From Octopus sinensis (lineage: Eukaryota), in assembly GCF_006345805.1 (NCBI RefSeq), contig NC_043013.1, positions 42,904,001 to 42,968,000 of the forward strand: a stretch of DNA of 64,000 nucleotides. Direction: 5' to 3'. Positions 35,037-49,600 of the stretch are shown in pieces. Position 1 is the first letter of the stretch. Each line of letters begins with the position of its first letter. The translations under genes and the position numbers were made by a program. The notes beneath the pieces are model-generated. The model saw only the letters and a program-made list of their open reading frames with translations, had not been told where the DNA came from and did no database searches.

Positions 35037-38000
35037 TCCTTAAGACATGTTTATTTTGTAAGGGGTAAAGAATGATGTAACAAAATAACTAACATTAAAC
35101 AAAGCATAGGTGTTCTACATATTATACACTATGTGAAAACTTCTATAAACAAGTTACTATTGCATAGAGGGGAAAGCGTAATGATGAAAGTAGCTTACCT
35201 GCTGAAAAACGTGATTTTGTAAGTTATTTAATATCCCCTTTCAGGAATAAATGAATACAAAAACACTAATTTCAAATGAAGATATTGGTGAAGACAATAA
35301 ATGGATTACCTAAACTAACTAGCAACTGACACTACACATCAGCAACATGTGACCAACACTTATGAAGAAAAACGTACAAAAAGACAAGAACTATAGTCTT
35401 CATGAAGCTAAAAAGAGGTCAGCAAGAAATGTGGAATTCCCTAAAGATTAACTGCTAATTTAGCAGGAACATGGCTGGAATTCAGGAATCTTAAACTCAG
35501 TCTTCGTGCTTTCCAAACATCTTCCAATTTGTATCTTGTCAAAAACATTTATTATCTAACATCGACTAAGTCCTGTCATTTTATTCTTGGGAACTTCAGG
35601 ATCCCTCCTCTTCCTCCTCTGCTTCAATTGTTGTTGACATCTTCAACGAAACAGATAACTTGGCTTCTTGATATTGGTTAATCTGTTCCTGTGGAGAATG
35701 CGTCAGTAATTTGGTAATCACTTAACATCTGACTCTGAGAATGTGCAATTATATTTCAACTGAGACTCCTGACCCCAGCCAACCCCCGAACACTTTGCTG
35801 GCCCTTTTTAGTTCATGAACTATAGTTTACGATAACCATCTAAAATATGATGAATACTAGTGCAACATTATCTAGCAAACATCCTCATTGGTATCATCCA
35901 TCACATGTACACTCACAATTTACATCAACCTTTTAAGAGACTAAGAAATGACCCAGGAGAAAACGTGGGTTTTCCTTTTTGTCTCAAACATGAATAACTA
36001 ATGGAAATATACCTCAGATAAGTTCAGGTCAATTACATCCCAGGCCATGTCTTTAATAGTATTTCCACAGAACAATCTTTACAGTAGATTTTCCTGTTTT
36101 ATGAAGAAGACTAGGAAAATGTCTATCATTATTATAATTAGTAGTTTGAACCTGAATCTAACAACCAAACCACACTCACACTCACATATTCTGTTTTAAA
36201 ATAACTCACGATTAGCCATGAGAGGATGTTCTCTGAAGAAAACCTACTTAAACAGGTTAACTTAAGGTTCAAGAAAATCTGTTCCCATTGGCAGTTGTAG
36301 ACCCCAGTTGCAGTCAAGATGTCAACATCTGTTACCGAGAAGTAAGATCATTTAACTAATGACATCTTTGAATCAAAGCAGTGGGAAAGATGACATGAAA
36401 ACCAACCTCTTCGACTTTACATCTTTATCATCTTTCTTTTCATCAGCCTTCTTCTCAGTTTGCCCTCCTTCTGTTTTACCTTTAGCCCTTTCTTCAACTT
36501 TGCTTCCATCTGTTTTCTTCGCTTCAGTTTTGCCACGCACTTTGTCCTTTGATGCCACAAGATCAGCATCTAAATCATTCTGTGTATCATCAACATGTAC
36601 AATCAGTGATTCATTTTCTTCACCCTGTTGAGTGGTGGAAGTGTCCATACTGACTGTGTCTTTTAATGCAAATGGAACTTTATGTGGAACACTCGGTGTT
36701 GAAGGTAAATTGTCCGAAAGAGCTGTTTTGGCCACCTTATCTCCTTTCAGTTCATTACATTTTTGAGATGGAGTTGTGCTTTTCACACTGGCTGACAAGG
36801 ATTTTTCTTCATTTTCTTCTTTATTATCATTCTCTGCTGCCGAGGATTTTTCTTCATTATTTTCTTCTTTTGTGTCATTCTCTGCTGATGAGGACTTTTC
36901 TTCATTATTTTCTTCTTTTGTGTCATTCTCTGTTGATGAGGACATTTCACTCTTTTCTTCTTTAGTATTTGTCTCCGCTGACGAAGATGACTGTTCTGGA
37001 GGCGCTACAGAAAGTTAATTTAGAATGAAATAGTTGATACGAAATGAAAACTTGTTAAATCTCACTCCACAACAGACTGTGCTGTGTTGAGAGTTTAAAT
37101 AAAAAAATTAAGAATGCAATTAAGAAAACATTACTAATAAAAGCTCTTAGACTGGTAATCCTACAGGATCAATGGACTACAAGCTCTATAGCTGAAATAT
37201 GGATAATAATTATACTTCACATATAAATTTAGCATTAAATTTTCACTGCAGATGTCTTCAATCGTATTGCCCACAACATACATTCAAAATACAACTGAAG
37301 TACTTGTATAGAACAATGGACAAAGCTACATGCTCTCAGAAATTACGGGATCTGGATATACGTTGGAACATACTACACTGCTTGTGCAATGGCAAGCGAT
37401 ATATATATAAGCATGTACTGTATCACTTGACTGTGTAACTACAAGCAGGATTGGCTTAGTAGACTTCAATAATTGTGCACTGTCTATGAAATGGCAAGTA
37501 ATTTTATCAGAGATGCAATAAAATGACTGCAGTAGGTTTGATACCCATCACTAAGTCATCAGTCATTCAGAAAGATGACTTCTCACTTGTACTTAATATA
37601 TACATATTACACTTTCTACAGATCTATAGAGAATAAAGTATTCTGTATCATTAAATGAAGAAAAGACGAATGTTCCGGAATAGGATATCAGTTGGTTGCC
37701 AGCCAGATCCCTACATGTAGAGTTTTTACCTACATCAAGATGCACTGAGAGTCACAAAAGCGTCCAGCTCAAAGATAAAGCAATAGCACAAGAATATGCT
37801 GGGGTTCCAATGACCTCTTCCATCAGCTACTTTGTATCTAGATATATGAATACAAACACAAAACACACACAGGGGTGCATGTAGTTATTTACAACAAAAT
37901 TAAGTGTAAAGTAAAAAAAAAAAAAAAATATATATTTTCTGGAAATAGTACACGTTTCAACGAGATATATTAAAGAAGAAGGTTATTCATTAAACCACCC

Positions 38001-41000
38001 CCAGCCATCCTCCATGACGACCTTGGTGTGACCACAGAAAGATTTTATGTCAGTATCAAGTGGTTCTGAAACATGCTGCCCATCACATTCACGAAGGTAG
38101 CCTTCAAGGAATCCTTGGTATTCTCAGGCAGCCAAACACTGGTTGAAGTATAGTCCCACAGGAAGAGCTTGCCTCAAGCTCTATGGGAAGTGAGACGGAA
38201 GTGTGCGACATGGCCCTCAATACTCATGGCACCAAAAGGACTATCACAGATGATGTTCATCACCATGAGTTCCATGACAGATTTCATGCTGAGCTACCTG
38301 TCATTTTCCCCTGTTCAACTTCTAGTCCTGGTCAACATTTATCAAAGAAAAACTAAGGAACGGCTGGTTTCTTGGCTTGAGATTGTCCAGCAAATGCTTC
38401 AATCAGAATACTTGGTTCTCCTAGGTTTTGCCAGACATGAACTGCTCTCTCCTCCTCGCATAGGACTGGTACATGACGTCCTCATGCACAACATGTCTTA
38501 AAGTGGATGCTACCACATTCAGATGCTTGGCAATGGACCTCATCAACTTACAAGGAATCACTGTTGTTCATGTCCTGGACTTGCTGGATGAACATAGCCA
38601 TCCTGATGAGGCAAGACTACTGAAAATGTTTCGTACATCTTTGCCAGTGGTCTCTAGCTCTTTCCTGATCTTAAACATGAAGGGATTAGCCAAATTTAAA
38701 AAGCTGTCAGTCTCCAAGTCACAATGGTTGGTGGCTAGGGAAACAAGCACAGCATGCCTCTACACTTCCTATGTCAGATAGAAATTTGACTTGTTGATTT
38801 GTCTGAAAGAGAAATGAGAAAGTTAAAATTTGGTATATGCCTTGTAAAATTGTTAGGTTGTTTTCCATTTATGCTCTGCTAAAATTGTGTTCACTAACAC
38901 CTGGCATAACCAGTATATATAATTATTGAAATCACTAAAAACAAGATTTCTGTACAACGCAGTATCCTGATGCGCTGCTTCGGACTGCAGCATCCATTGC
39001 ATAGTGTTATAGTTTGTTAAGAGGTACAGAGGGAATAGTCATCCAGTGAAATCCAGCCTCGTAAATAATGCCTCAGGATGTCCAGTTTCAAACAAATACA
39101 CACAAAACCAATTCCAACTGTGTTAATTAAGGGATCAAGTAGCAGTTAGCAGCAACTCTGGATTCATAATTTCTATCTCCTTTTACCTCCACCAGCCTAG
39201 TGTCTTACAAATGTCATTGGTGCAGCCTCCTCTGACTAAACCAGAGTAAAGTTTTAAAACACACATATGTACAAAAGGTAAAATGTACAATCATATTATA
39301 TATACAATATAAACACACAAATACACACACACACACATACATGCACACATACAGGGTGATTCAAAAGTCGCTATAAGAGCAACTATTTTTAATAAGAAAC
39401 AGTTTTGTATTTAACTGTTTCTTATAAAAAAATAAATTTTCCCTATGTATGGTGACTTTTGAATCACCCTGCATATATAGACATACATACACACACACAA
39501 ATATATAAGTATACATATACACACATATGTAAGTACATATGTATATACACATATATACATACACACACATATATACATATACACATTTAGACATACACAC
39601 CACACATATATACCTGTACAAAACATTATATGACCGTGTCTTAAATAGATTACTGTTCAGAAATGTAAGAAGAGGAGACAAGTGTGTATGTATATGTGTA
39701 TATAGATATTATCTATATATATATATCTCCAATCACAAATATATAATATATTCTGAATTCAACTAATAGTTCTATTCCTTGAAAAAAGACCTGTCAACCA
39801 TTATCTCAAATCAACAATTTTTCATCCATTATTTTAGTAATTACGCTAAAATTAACATTCGCTTTTCATAGAACTACTTCTGCAGGTGTTGTCATAAATT
39901 ATTAGAAATTATTTTATGCTATTTTGTACAAATTTTGATCTTGAAACATTAACAGATTAATTCTACAACTTACATAACCAAGCTCACAAGCATATTTTGA
40001 GTTTTGGTATCAGAGTGGAATGGCATGAATGAGCTAACATTCCAATTCTTCTTCTTTACGTATCTGGAGTATTTTGTTTACATCAGACGACAATTATTGG
40101 CAATACAAATGTTACAGAGATAAGGATCAGACAACTATCTAAATCCTGGTTTTGTTTCTGTTTCTAAATGATATTTCAATTTCATATTATTGCACTATAA
40201 AAAGCATGAGTCTCACACAATCTTATTCCACCTCACCTATAAATGAAGTCACCTTTAGCTTATGTTAAAGCAACAAAGCAATATTCAAAACATGGCATGC
40301 ATCCCCATGAAAAACTCTGAATTTGATGAAAGAAGTAGATATCCAAAATTATACATCTAAATCTAATTTAAACCCTTTAGCATTGTAACTGACCAGATCT
40401 GGTCTAAATATTCACCCTGCTTTATATTCAAACTGGCCAGATCCAGCATCTCACACCTACACAACAATGTCACTCTAAAACTCAATGCTATGAGATACTG
40501 AAGGATTAATTCAAAACAATGTGCATAAATAAGCATTTCATTTGACAGAGTAATATAATTGCTAAAGGGTTAAACTAAACAAGAAGCAAAAATAACAAAC
40601 AAGTGATACTGCAATACACGATATGAAAAAGAAAAATACTGATGAATTAAAACTACACATACACACACACCCACATATACTATAGCAGAGGAGAATTGAC
40701 TATCCTCATCAAAAAGGAAAGGTTAAACAAAATTTTTGCTTTTCCACAATATGAACAAGAAAACTACAAACCACTTGACTTAAAGCCACACACGCACACA
40801 CACTATAGCAGAGGAACAAGCATTGAGTATCCTTATCAAAAAGGGAAGGTTAAACAATGTTCTTGCTTTTACAATGCTTCAAAATTTCATTATCAATTCC
40901 AGAATACTGGAATTTCTGATTGCTTTTTCAAGCTACTTAAAGGAATTTCAGTCAATGAAATACTCATCAGTGGTACTTATTCACAGTTAAGTAAACTGGA

Positions 41001-44000
41001 TCATTGAAAGAGAAATATCCTAAATAAATAATACTGTACAAAACAACCAGTGGTGTAATGACAGTTAACATTCTTCAAATAACACCATATAGCAGATTAG
41101 TAGTTGACTATCATATATTGAACCAATATAGTTAATTCTAAGTTTATACGACCTCTATATATAGCAAACCTTCATTAACAATATATATATATTATTGGCA
41201 AAAATCAGTTCAAGTGAATATATTTAGTTGTGTCGTGTTACTTTCGCTGAAAAGTGGAGAATGGCTCAACAGTTTAAATAAGGTCAACCAAAGTATACAA
41301 AATGATAATTTTAAGAAATTTAATGCATATAAATGACATACCTGTGGTATCCATTGATGGTTCATCAGGTTCTTCCTAAAAATGCGAAGAAAATACCTGA
41401 CATGAGGAACAGCAACAAATGATGAAACAAAATACATACAGTCGTATTACATTGCTTATCTTTATATCTAATGTAATTGTGTAAATGTATGAAGATATTT
41501 GGATCTCAAATGGTTTTCTGTTTGAAGAGTTAATGAAATTTGTAACTGGTTAACTATTAAATGTAAGTAACTACCAAACCTAATCAAAAACTATTTTCAT
41601 ACATATTATTAAGTTAAAAATGCCAAATCCAAAACTAATTATGAAGTAGTGTAATTTAGTTAGTAGAACAATAGCTGTAGTAAATGTTCATTACCTGCAG
41701 ATCAGTACAAGTGTCTTTGTCCGTATCTAAAGATATAGGTAATTCTTCTTCAAACTGGTCTTTATCAAAGGTGTTATCTGCCAACATATCTGATGGTTTG
41801 GTATCGCTTGAAAGCAGTCGATCCTCAGTAAGGTCTTCCACAGAAGTTTTGTCAGGGATCAAAGAGTACCCATCTGTATTCGTAGTGTTTAAGAAGACAT
41901 CTGTTAATGCCACATTAGCCGTCTCTGATTCTTTCTGAAAATCAAAACAAAACAAGTTTCTGTTAACCATCAACACTAAATCATCCTATATTTATCCTTT
42001 GCTCACTATAATATCCATTTGTACCTTATTCTTATTCAATGCTTAAATTATTACTGTATTCCATTTTTACTATAATGATTTTTATAGTATTATTATAGAA
42101 TAATAGTACTTTCTTCATTGAGATTCACAGTGATCATTGCTGTGCTACAGGTAAAGCTCTTTTCAGTTATGAAATTCAATTGTTATTAATGACCAGAGTA
42201 CGTCTGTGTACTTCACTGGTCTTTTTCATGGATAGCATTGTCAAACTGACATTGAAATTCTAACACTAAAATAAACTAAGTGAACACATCACAGTAGAGT
42301 ATGATCATCAGGTGAGATCCAGTGGTTCTGAATCCTAGCAGTTTTTGCAACTTTACAGGTTAAGCACTAAAAAGGGTTCAGTTCAAGATTATTCCCTAAT
42401 AAGTGCAATGATTCTGTCTTTGCTGAATGAGTAAAGATTATCATGTACCCAGTGGAGAATGTTTCCCAGTGTTTTATTCATGGAAGCTTGACAGGAGCTG
42501 TTTAGGCAATGTGTGGTTGATGCCAAAGTAGGGAAGATAAATTAAATGGCATTATAGGCATAGGAATTGGGTGTTGGTGGGTGACAAGTAAATCATTTTA
42601 TAAAAACAGAGGCGTGCGCTTGGTAGATGAAATCTAAAACAAGCACATCATACACACACACCTCTGTATACTACAATGTGACAGGAAGCACAGAGTCTCT
42701 GTCAACCAAACAGATTAACAAGACATTGGACAACTTGGTGTTCTAGTAAGACACTGGACAAAGGTGCCATGCAACAAGGCTGAACCTGAATCCACATGGT
42801 TGCAAAGTAAGCTTCTTAACCACACAGCCATGCCTGTGCACACACAATAGATTTTTGTTACTAAGCCAGAGCAAACACCTCCAAAAAAATAATATACAAA
42901 ACAGGGAAATTTGGAAAATACATAGAAGACAGACATTGATATGCAAAAATATGACAAAATTCACCAACCTCATCCATGTTGTCTGTAGTATGTTCGCTTT
43001 CTGGAAATAAAAAAAAATAATTCAACATCAGTTCAGTAATTTCAGCATTATACATCATTCAGTTACACAAACCTATATTACACACATCTGAACACAGACC
43101 AAAACAGTTTCACACAACTGTGTATGACATAACATTGAGTTAATCAAACTACACTACATAATACAACACAGATGTTATCTACCTCGACTTTGCCAAGGCA
43201 TTTGACAAGGTAGATCATGGCATCCTGGGTCACAAACTTCGAAAGCTAGGAGTAGGAGGAAAAGTTGGTACATGGATAAACGAGTTCCTTACAAATAGAA
43301 CTCAAACAGTCACTGTGATGGAACCCATTCAACACCATCACCTGTGACCAGCAGTGTTCCTCAGGGTACAGTACTCGGCCCAATCCTGTTTCTCATCCTC
43401 ATCTCTGACATAGATGAAGATACAACCAGCAACGTCTCATCCTTTGCTGATGACACCAGGGTCATGAGACAAATCAAAGACGAGGTGGATACAGAGGCCT
43501 TACAAAAGGACCTGACCACCATATATAATGGCAGGAAACAAACAACATGTTGTTCAATGATAAGAAGTTTGAACTAATTCGCTACGGAACAGATCAAGAT
43601 CTGAAAAATACAACAAACTACAGAAACCATCAGGACAACAAATAATGGAAAAACAGTATGTGAAAGATTTAGGCATCCACATGGGAACCAACCTAAAATT
43701 CAGAGAACACCTTGACTCAGTCTGTCTTACTGCAAGAAAGTACAGCGGGTGGATCTTGCGCACCTTCAAATCAAGAGATACCTCAACAATGAAAACCCTC
43801 TGGAACAGTATGATACTTCCGAGGATTGACTACTGTTCTCAGTTGTGGTCACCAACAACAAAGGGCCAACTATCTAAGATAGAATCGCTCCAAAGAAATT
43901 TTACCTCATACTTCTCAGAAACGAGGGACCTGGACTATTGGCAAAGACTCAAAACCTTGAGGATGTACTCAATAGAAAGAAGATTTGAGCGATACCGAAT

Positions 44001-46592
44001 TATATACATTTGGAAAATGATAGAGCAGAAGGTGCCACTCACTGCGCCACGGAAGACGCTGCCAGCTGCCACCAATCAACAAAAAGGCTGGCCAGGCAGC
44101 AAAAACCCTGCGAGAATCAAGTCTGTTGGTTCGAGGAGCACAACTGTTCAACTCCATTCCGGTACATGTCAGAAATCTATCAGGATGCAGTGTGGAATCA
44201 TTTAAATTGCAACTGGATAGATACTTAAGCACCATTAGAGATGAACCCCATCTCCCAGGATATACACAACGAGCACAAACTGACTCAAACTCGCTCCTAC
44301 ACATGTCAAATTTAAGCAGAGAATACAACCTGGCAACCACACCAGACTCTGAGGGTGGAGTCTTCGACTTGGCCTGAGCATGGACTCAAACCCAAATGAA
44401 ATGAAATGAAATAATACTGATATACACTGGTGTGTGTAACCGTATTATTTAAAACTTCAGTCTAAAATTCAGTTACACACACCTGAATATGAGGACATTG
44501 TATTACATATTAACTAGTTATTACATTGGCAGAAAGGGTCCTAATGCACTCCTTGCCCATACAATATATTACTGTGAAGAGTGTAATTTGTCAGCTCAGC
44601 AGACAGAGATAAAACAATCTAAGGAGAATAACACAACTAATTTATTTACAGTATAAAAGTTATCATGACTGATACATCACCAAGTGTTATCACCCATGCT
44701 CTTGCAAGAATCATCATTTAACATCTGTCTTTGCTGCTGGCATAGGTTGAACAGTTGAAAAGGATCCAACAGAACCAGAGATAAGCATCAAACTCCACTG
44801 TTAGCTCTGGCATGGTTTCTACATTTCAGGTGCCTTTCCAAGTTCCAACCACTTTACAGAGTGTACTGGGTGATTTTTCTATAACACCAGCACTAGGGAG
44901 GTTACCAAGTAATTTGCAAGAGAAAGGAGAAGAACCCAGCATTGAATGGGATTGCAGTAGAGTTTGAAGTAGATTTATGTCAGGAGTTGAGTGGCCTGAG
45001 TATGATAGAGAGACAGGCACAGGTGTCTTCTTATAGAGAAAATACATGGCTACCCCACATTATGTAAGGGTGGGTGGGAGTAAGTGGAAAGAAGACAGTG
45101 ATGGTAGTGACAAAGTGTCAGAGAGTACTCTCAAGATAAAACAAGGTGAGAATATGGACAATAGGTCAGGGCAGATGGGTGGGTATACTAATCACAGTGA
45201 GAAATGAGAGTGATAACAAATGGTTAGAGAAGGGGGTGGGGGATGTAGTAAAGGAACAATTTTGGAGGTGTGGGTGATCATAAATATCAGTATGAGAGGG
45301 GAAAGGAAGGTGGAAGGGATAGGAATGGCTCAGGAAGAGAGAGGTGACAAGTGGTAATGCAAGAAGTGGGGAGAGCAGCAGTTTAACAAATCAGCAGATA
45401 GACCAGAAAATGAGTGGGGAGGTTCAGGGGAGTGACAGAGATGAATGTCACAAGTATGTAGAGGTAGCTATAAAGAACAAGGGACAAATGTGTGGGGAGG
45501 CCATCAACAGCAGACCCAAGATACAAGGTGTTTGGCAGTCTTAAGTTGTAACTCAGAAAAGGAGAGAAAGTAATAAGTAGAGGCACAGAGAGAGGTGATC
45601 AGTCAACAATAAAACTTGAAACACATACCACATAACATATACACACACAATCTTAACACACATAAATGCATATACAAAATCAGTATCATTAGTTATGTAA
45701 TTCTGATACTTACTACTAATATCTTCAGTAGATTGATTTTCTTCCATATATTTCTCTTCACAGAAAGCCTAAAATCATTAAAATATCAAGTTAACCAATA
45801 GAAAAGTCCACATACACATGACTGTTAAAATGTCTAGAGAAAGTGACACATTATATAATTTGTTATATGTAATTAGATTGAGATGCATGAGAGAGAGAGG
45901 GAATTGTTGTAGGAAGGAAATGAAAGTATTCTCAGAAAAATGCTGATAGAAAACATCTGTGAATTCTATTCAAAATTACAATTAACTACCTTTTAATATT
46001 TACTTATTTCAGTCATGGGTTTAATTGAACAAATTGCCCCTAGTATTTACATTTTTAAGTCTTGTACTAATTGTATTGGAGTGATTTGCCAAACTGTAAC
46101 ATTATGGGGATGTAAACAAACTAACATTGGCTGTGAAACAGCATGGAATGAGAATGGGGCAAAATTCTTCAATGGTATTTTATGTAATTTAGTGAAATTC
46201 TTGAGCAAGACTAAGTTGAGATAATTACAAGTCAAAAAAAACTTTAAAATAAATTTAGGAAAAAAAAGCTCACCTCAATGTTTACTAACGCAGCTAAATT
46301 ATCTGAAAAATAACAAGAACATTTGATTAAGAGGAATGAAATGAATATCAAATTTGATATCTAATTATAAATTAACCTATACATAATGGAATCATGTCAT
46401 TTTCTTCAAAGAGATTAAAAGTCCGGCAAATTCAGTACTGTGGCTGTGTGGTAAGTAGCTTGTTTACCAACCACATGGTTCTGGGTTCAGTCCCACTGCG
46501 TGGCACCTTGGGCAAGTGTCTTCTACTATAGCCTCGGGCCAACCAAAGCCTTGTGAGTGGATTTGGTAGACGGAAACTGAAAGAAGCCCGTC

Positions 46593-46629
<37 letters not shown>

Positions 46630-49600
46630 TGTGTGTGTTTGTCCCCCTAGCATTGCTTGACAACCGATGTTGGTGTGTTTATGTCCCCGTTACTTAGCGG
46701 TTCGGCAAGAGACCGATAGAATAAGTACTGGGCTTACAAAAGAATAAGCCCCGGGGTCAAGTTGCTCGATTAAAGGTGATGCCCCAGCATGGCCGCAGTC
46801 AAATGACTGAAACAAGTAAAAGAGTATACATATATATATATATTTATGAAATGTGTCATTAGTTTGTATAAAATATTTAAATTGAATCGAATTATAATTG
46901 TTCAATATATTGTTTTTGTTCTATATATATATATCTTCTTTCATTTTGTTCCAGTCACTGGACTGAGGCTATGCTCAGGTACTGCCATGAAGGTTTTAGC
47001 TGAACAACTCTACCCCAGTGCTTATCTCTATATATATAAACGGCAAAATGTCTGTGTGTGTGTGTGTGTCCTTTATACAAATCCACAATTTTTCAGTTAG
47101 AGGGCTCGCACTTTCTATAGTCATTCAAAACCGTCCAAGGGTGGTCGTGCACATCTTTCCATTTCCCCAGTCACCCTGCAAAGCCATTAAAAAATCAATA
47201 GAAGTGACGTTTTGTGAATTTTCTATCCAAAACCCAATCAAAATGCCCGAAACTTGATACACCAATTGAATGCCAGCTAGCTGTATGTGATTGATCGGAG
47301 ATTTGGACAGTACTCGTGTGTATGTGCGCACACATGCAGCTGTATATGCATGCACAAGCACAATGACCCAGCGTTGCTGGGTCATAGTTTTCTGTAAGTC
47401 TGGGACATTTGGGCAGCTTGAACTTCTAGTAGAGGACACTTACCAAAGGTGTCCTGCAACAAGGATGAATCTGAAATCACATGGTTGCAAAGCAAGCGTC
47501 TTACGTATACAGCCATGCCTCCACACACACCTAAGCATTGATATAAAACCAAAAGAAACAAAATAACCATAACCAAAATAAATGACATGGAACTGCACCT
47601 GATTTCTCTTCACTTCCTTCGGTATCTTTATGATTTTCTTCACTTTTCAGAGCCTGTGGCAAAGAGATAACAAAAGCACTAATGAGTTCCTTCAATCGCT
47701 TTCAGAACAATGTCTACTGTAAATCCTCAAGTATAGTCTGCAGGGGATTTTTAGGGGGCTGTACCTCTGAAAAACCTAAACCATGTGTATAATATGCACC
47801 CCTTCTCTAACTTGTGTCAAGGAGGTTTATATAACGTTTGTAAAAATGTATAAGGTAACATTCTTTATTATTATTGTATATATAACATAATGCAAACATG
47901 TAGCTTTTTTGTGCATTTTGTTTGCAAAAAATAAAGAAATAACTAATAACATTTAATAAATGTTGCTTACTGCAAATTATGGATGATTCTTTTATGACTT
48001 CATTGCTTTCAGGCTTAGCTTAAGGTATTTTCACGCCCAACATCACAAAATGCGTCTGAATAAACATTGCCAGACAGCAAATAGAGACTCGGACATTACT
48101 TAGAAAATATTTTTCATTTTTAACCTCGTATATAGTATGCACAAGGGATTTTGACCTTTAAATTTTGGGGAAAAAATGCGGATTATACTCAAGGATTGAC
48201 ATTATAGCAATTATAGGTGCAGAAACCATTAGATATCTGAAGTAACACACAAACACACATGTTATCAATCTATTACCATCTGGTTTGCAATGCTGGCACA
48301 AATTATATTGGTTTACTATATAACAAATCAATCATCTTAGTTTTAGTAATAGGAATTATAGCAATAAGTGTGAGACGACTCCTCTCTCATGGGACCAGTT
48401 TTAAGAGTGGGAGCCATTTTCTTTCAATCCTAGTTAAACCTTTTAGGTTTTTTTTTTTTTAAACCATATTTCTGTTGAAATACACAGTGTTTGTTGTAAC
48501 TAATTCTGAAAATAACAAAAGACTCAGTAAAAGAACTGTTCATTTTAAAACTAGTATTTGGGTAAATGGTTAATGAGAGTAGTGCACAGCATGTGTACAG
48601 AGATGCAAACAGCAAAGTGAGGGTTGGCAAGGAGTTCAACCAAGAATTTGGAGCGCAAGTAGATGTTCATCAGGCTTCAGTTCTTTGCTCAATTTATTGT
48701 AGTCTTCTAAACCATAACAGTGGAGTTTAAGATCATGCCCATGAAAAATCTTCTATGCCAATGACCTAGTTCTTATAGCAGTCTTTGGAAGGTTTAGAGA
48801 AAAAGAATTCCAAAAATGGAAAACCTACAATGAAGAGGCTTTAGAGTAAACCCAACAAAGACTAAAGTTCCTTACTTGCTAAGAAAGTAAGTTAAAAGAC
48901 AAGGCACTGAGAGTTTAGGAAATGACTGTGCTTAACTCACAAAAAAAAAGAGTGGATACAAATTCTATACTGTGTACCCCATGTGACCTATGAATGCGCA
49001 AGAAGTGCAATAGAATAAAACACAGGATGACAACAGGTAAAGACTTTGAAGCAGATGTATTTCTGAACCAAGGTGCTGTGCAGTGGAATTGAACCAAGGT
49101 CAAATGGCTTGGAAGGAAGCTTCTAAGCAACCAGTGTTGTTACAGACACACTTGCAGCTACACAAATACACACAACTTACATATAAAAAACATCTACATG
49201 TACTTCCTTTATTTTATCATCACTGACAATGCCTATATGTAAGCCAAAATTTAACACATTGTGACACAAAGACTCAAAATCTCAGCAACTGCTCAATGGC
49301 TCACAAATACATTAAATTTGAAAATTTCTTTAGAAACCCTTCCAATATGAAAGAGGACTCCTGACTGATCAACTCTCACTAGTAGGCTCCAATCCACCTG
49401 TCAGCAAGCAAGTCGATTGAAAACATTGTATAAAATATTGACGAAATCATCCCTAAAATAAATCGTAATATGAAAAATACTATGCTTGCAATGAAATGTT
49501 TACTTTACACAGTAAAAATAATAAGATAACTAGATTTTTTATACACAGTTTACTTAATTACCTAGTAGATAACTATGACAAAGATGTAATTTGAACGCTT

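Noticed and set aside
35199-35201. 3-nt microexon (ttttcag|CAG|gtaagc)
   Set aside because: The internal acceptor is not present in the paralog; the 39-nt exon explains the conserved sites better.
39361-39766. C/V/Y-rich ORFs
   Set aside because: Translation of (CA)/(TA) microsatellite.
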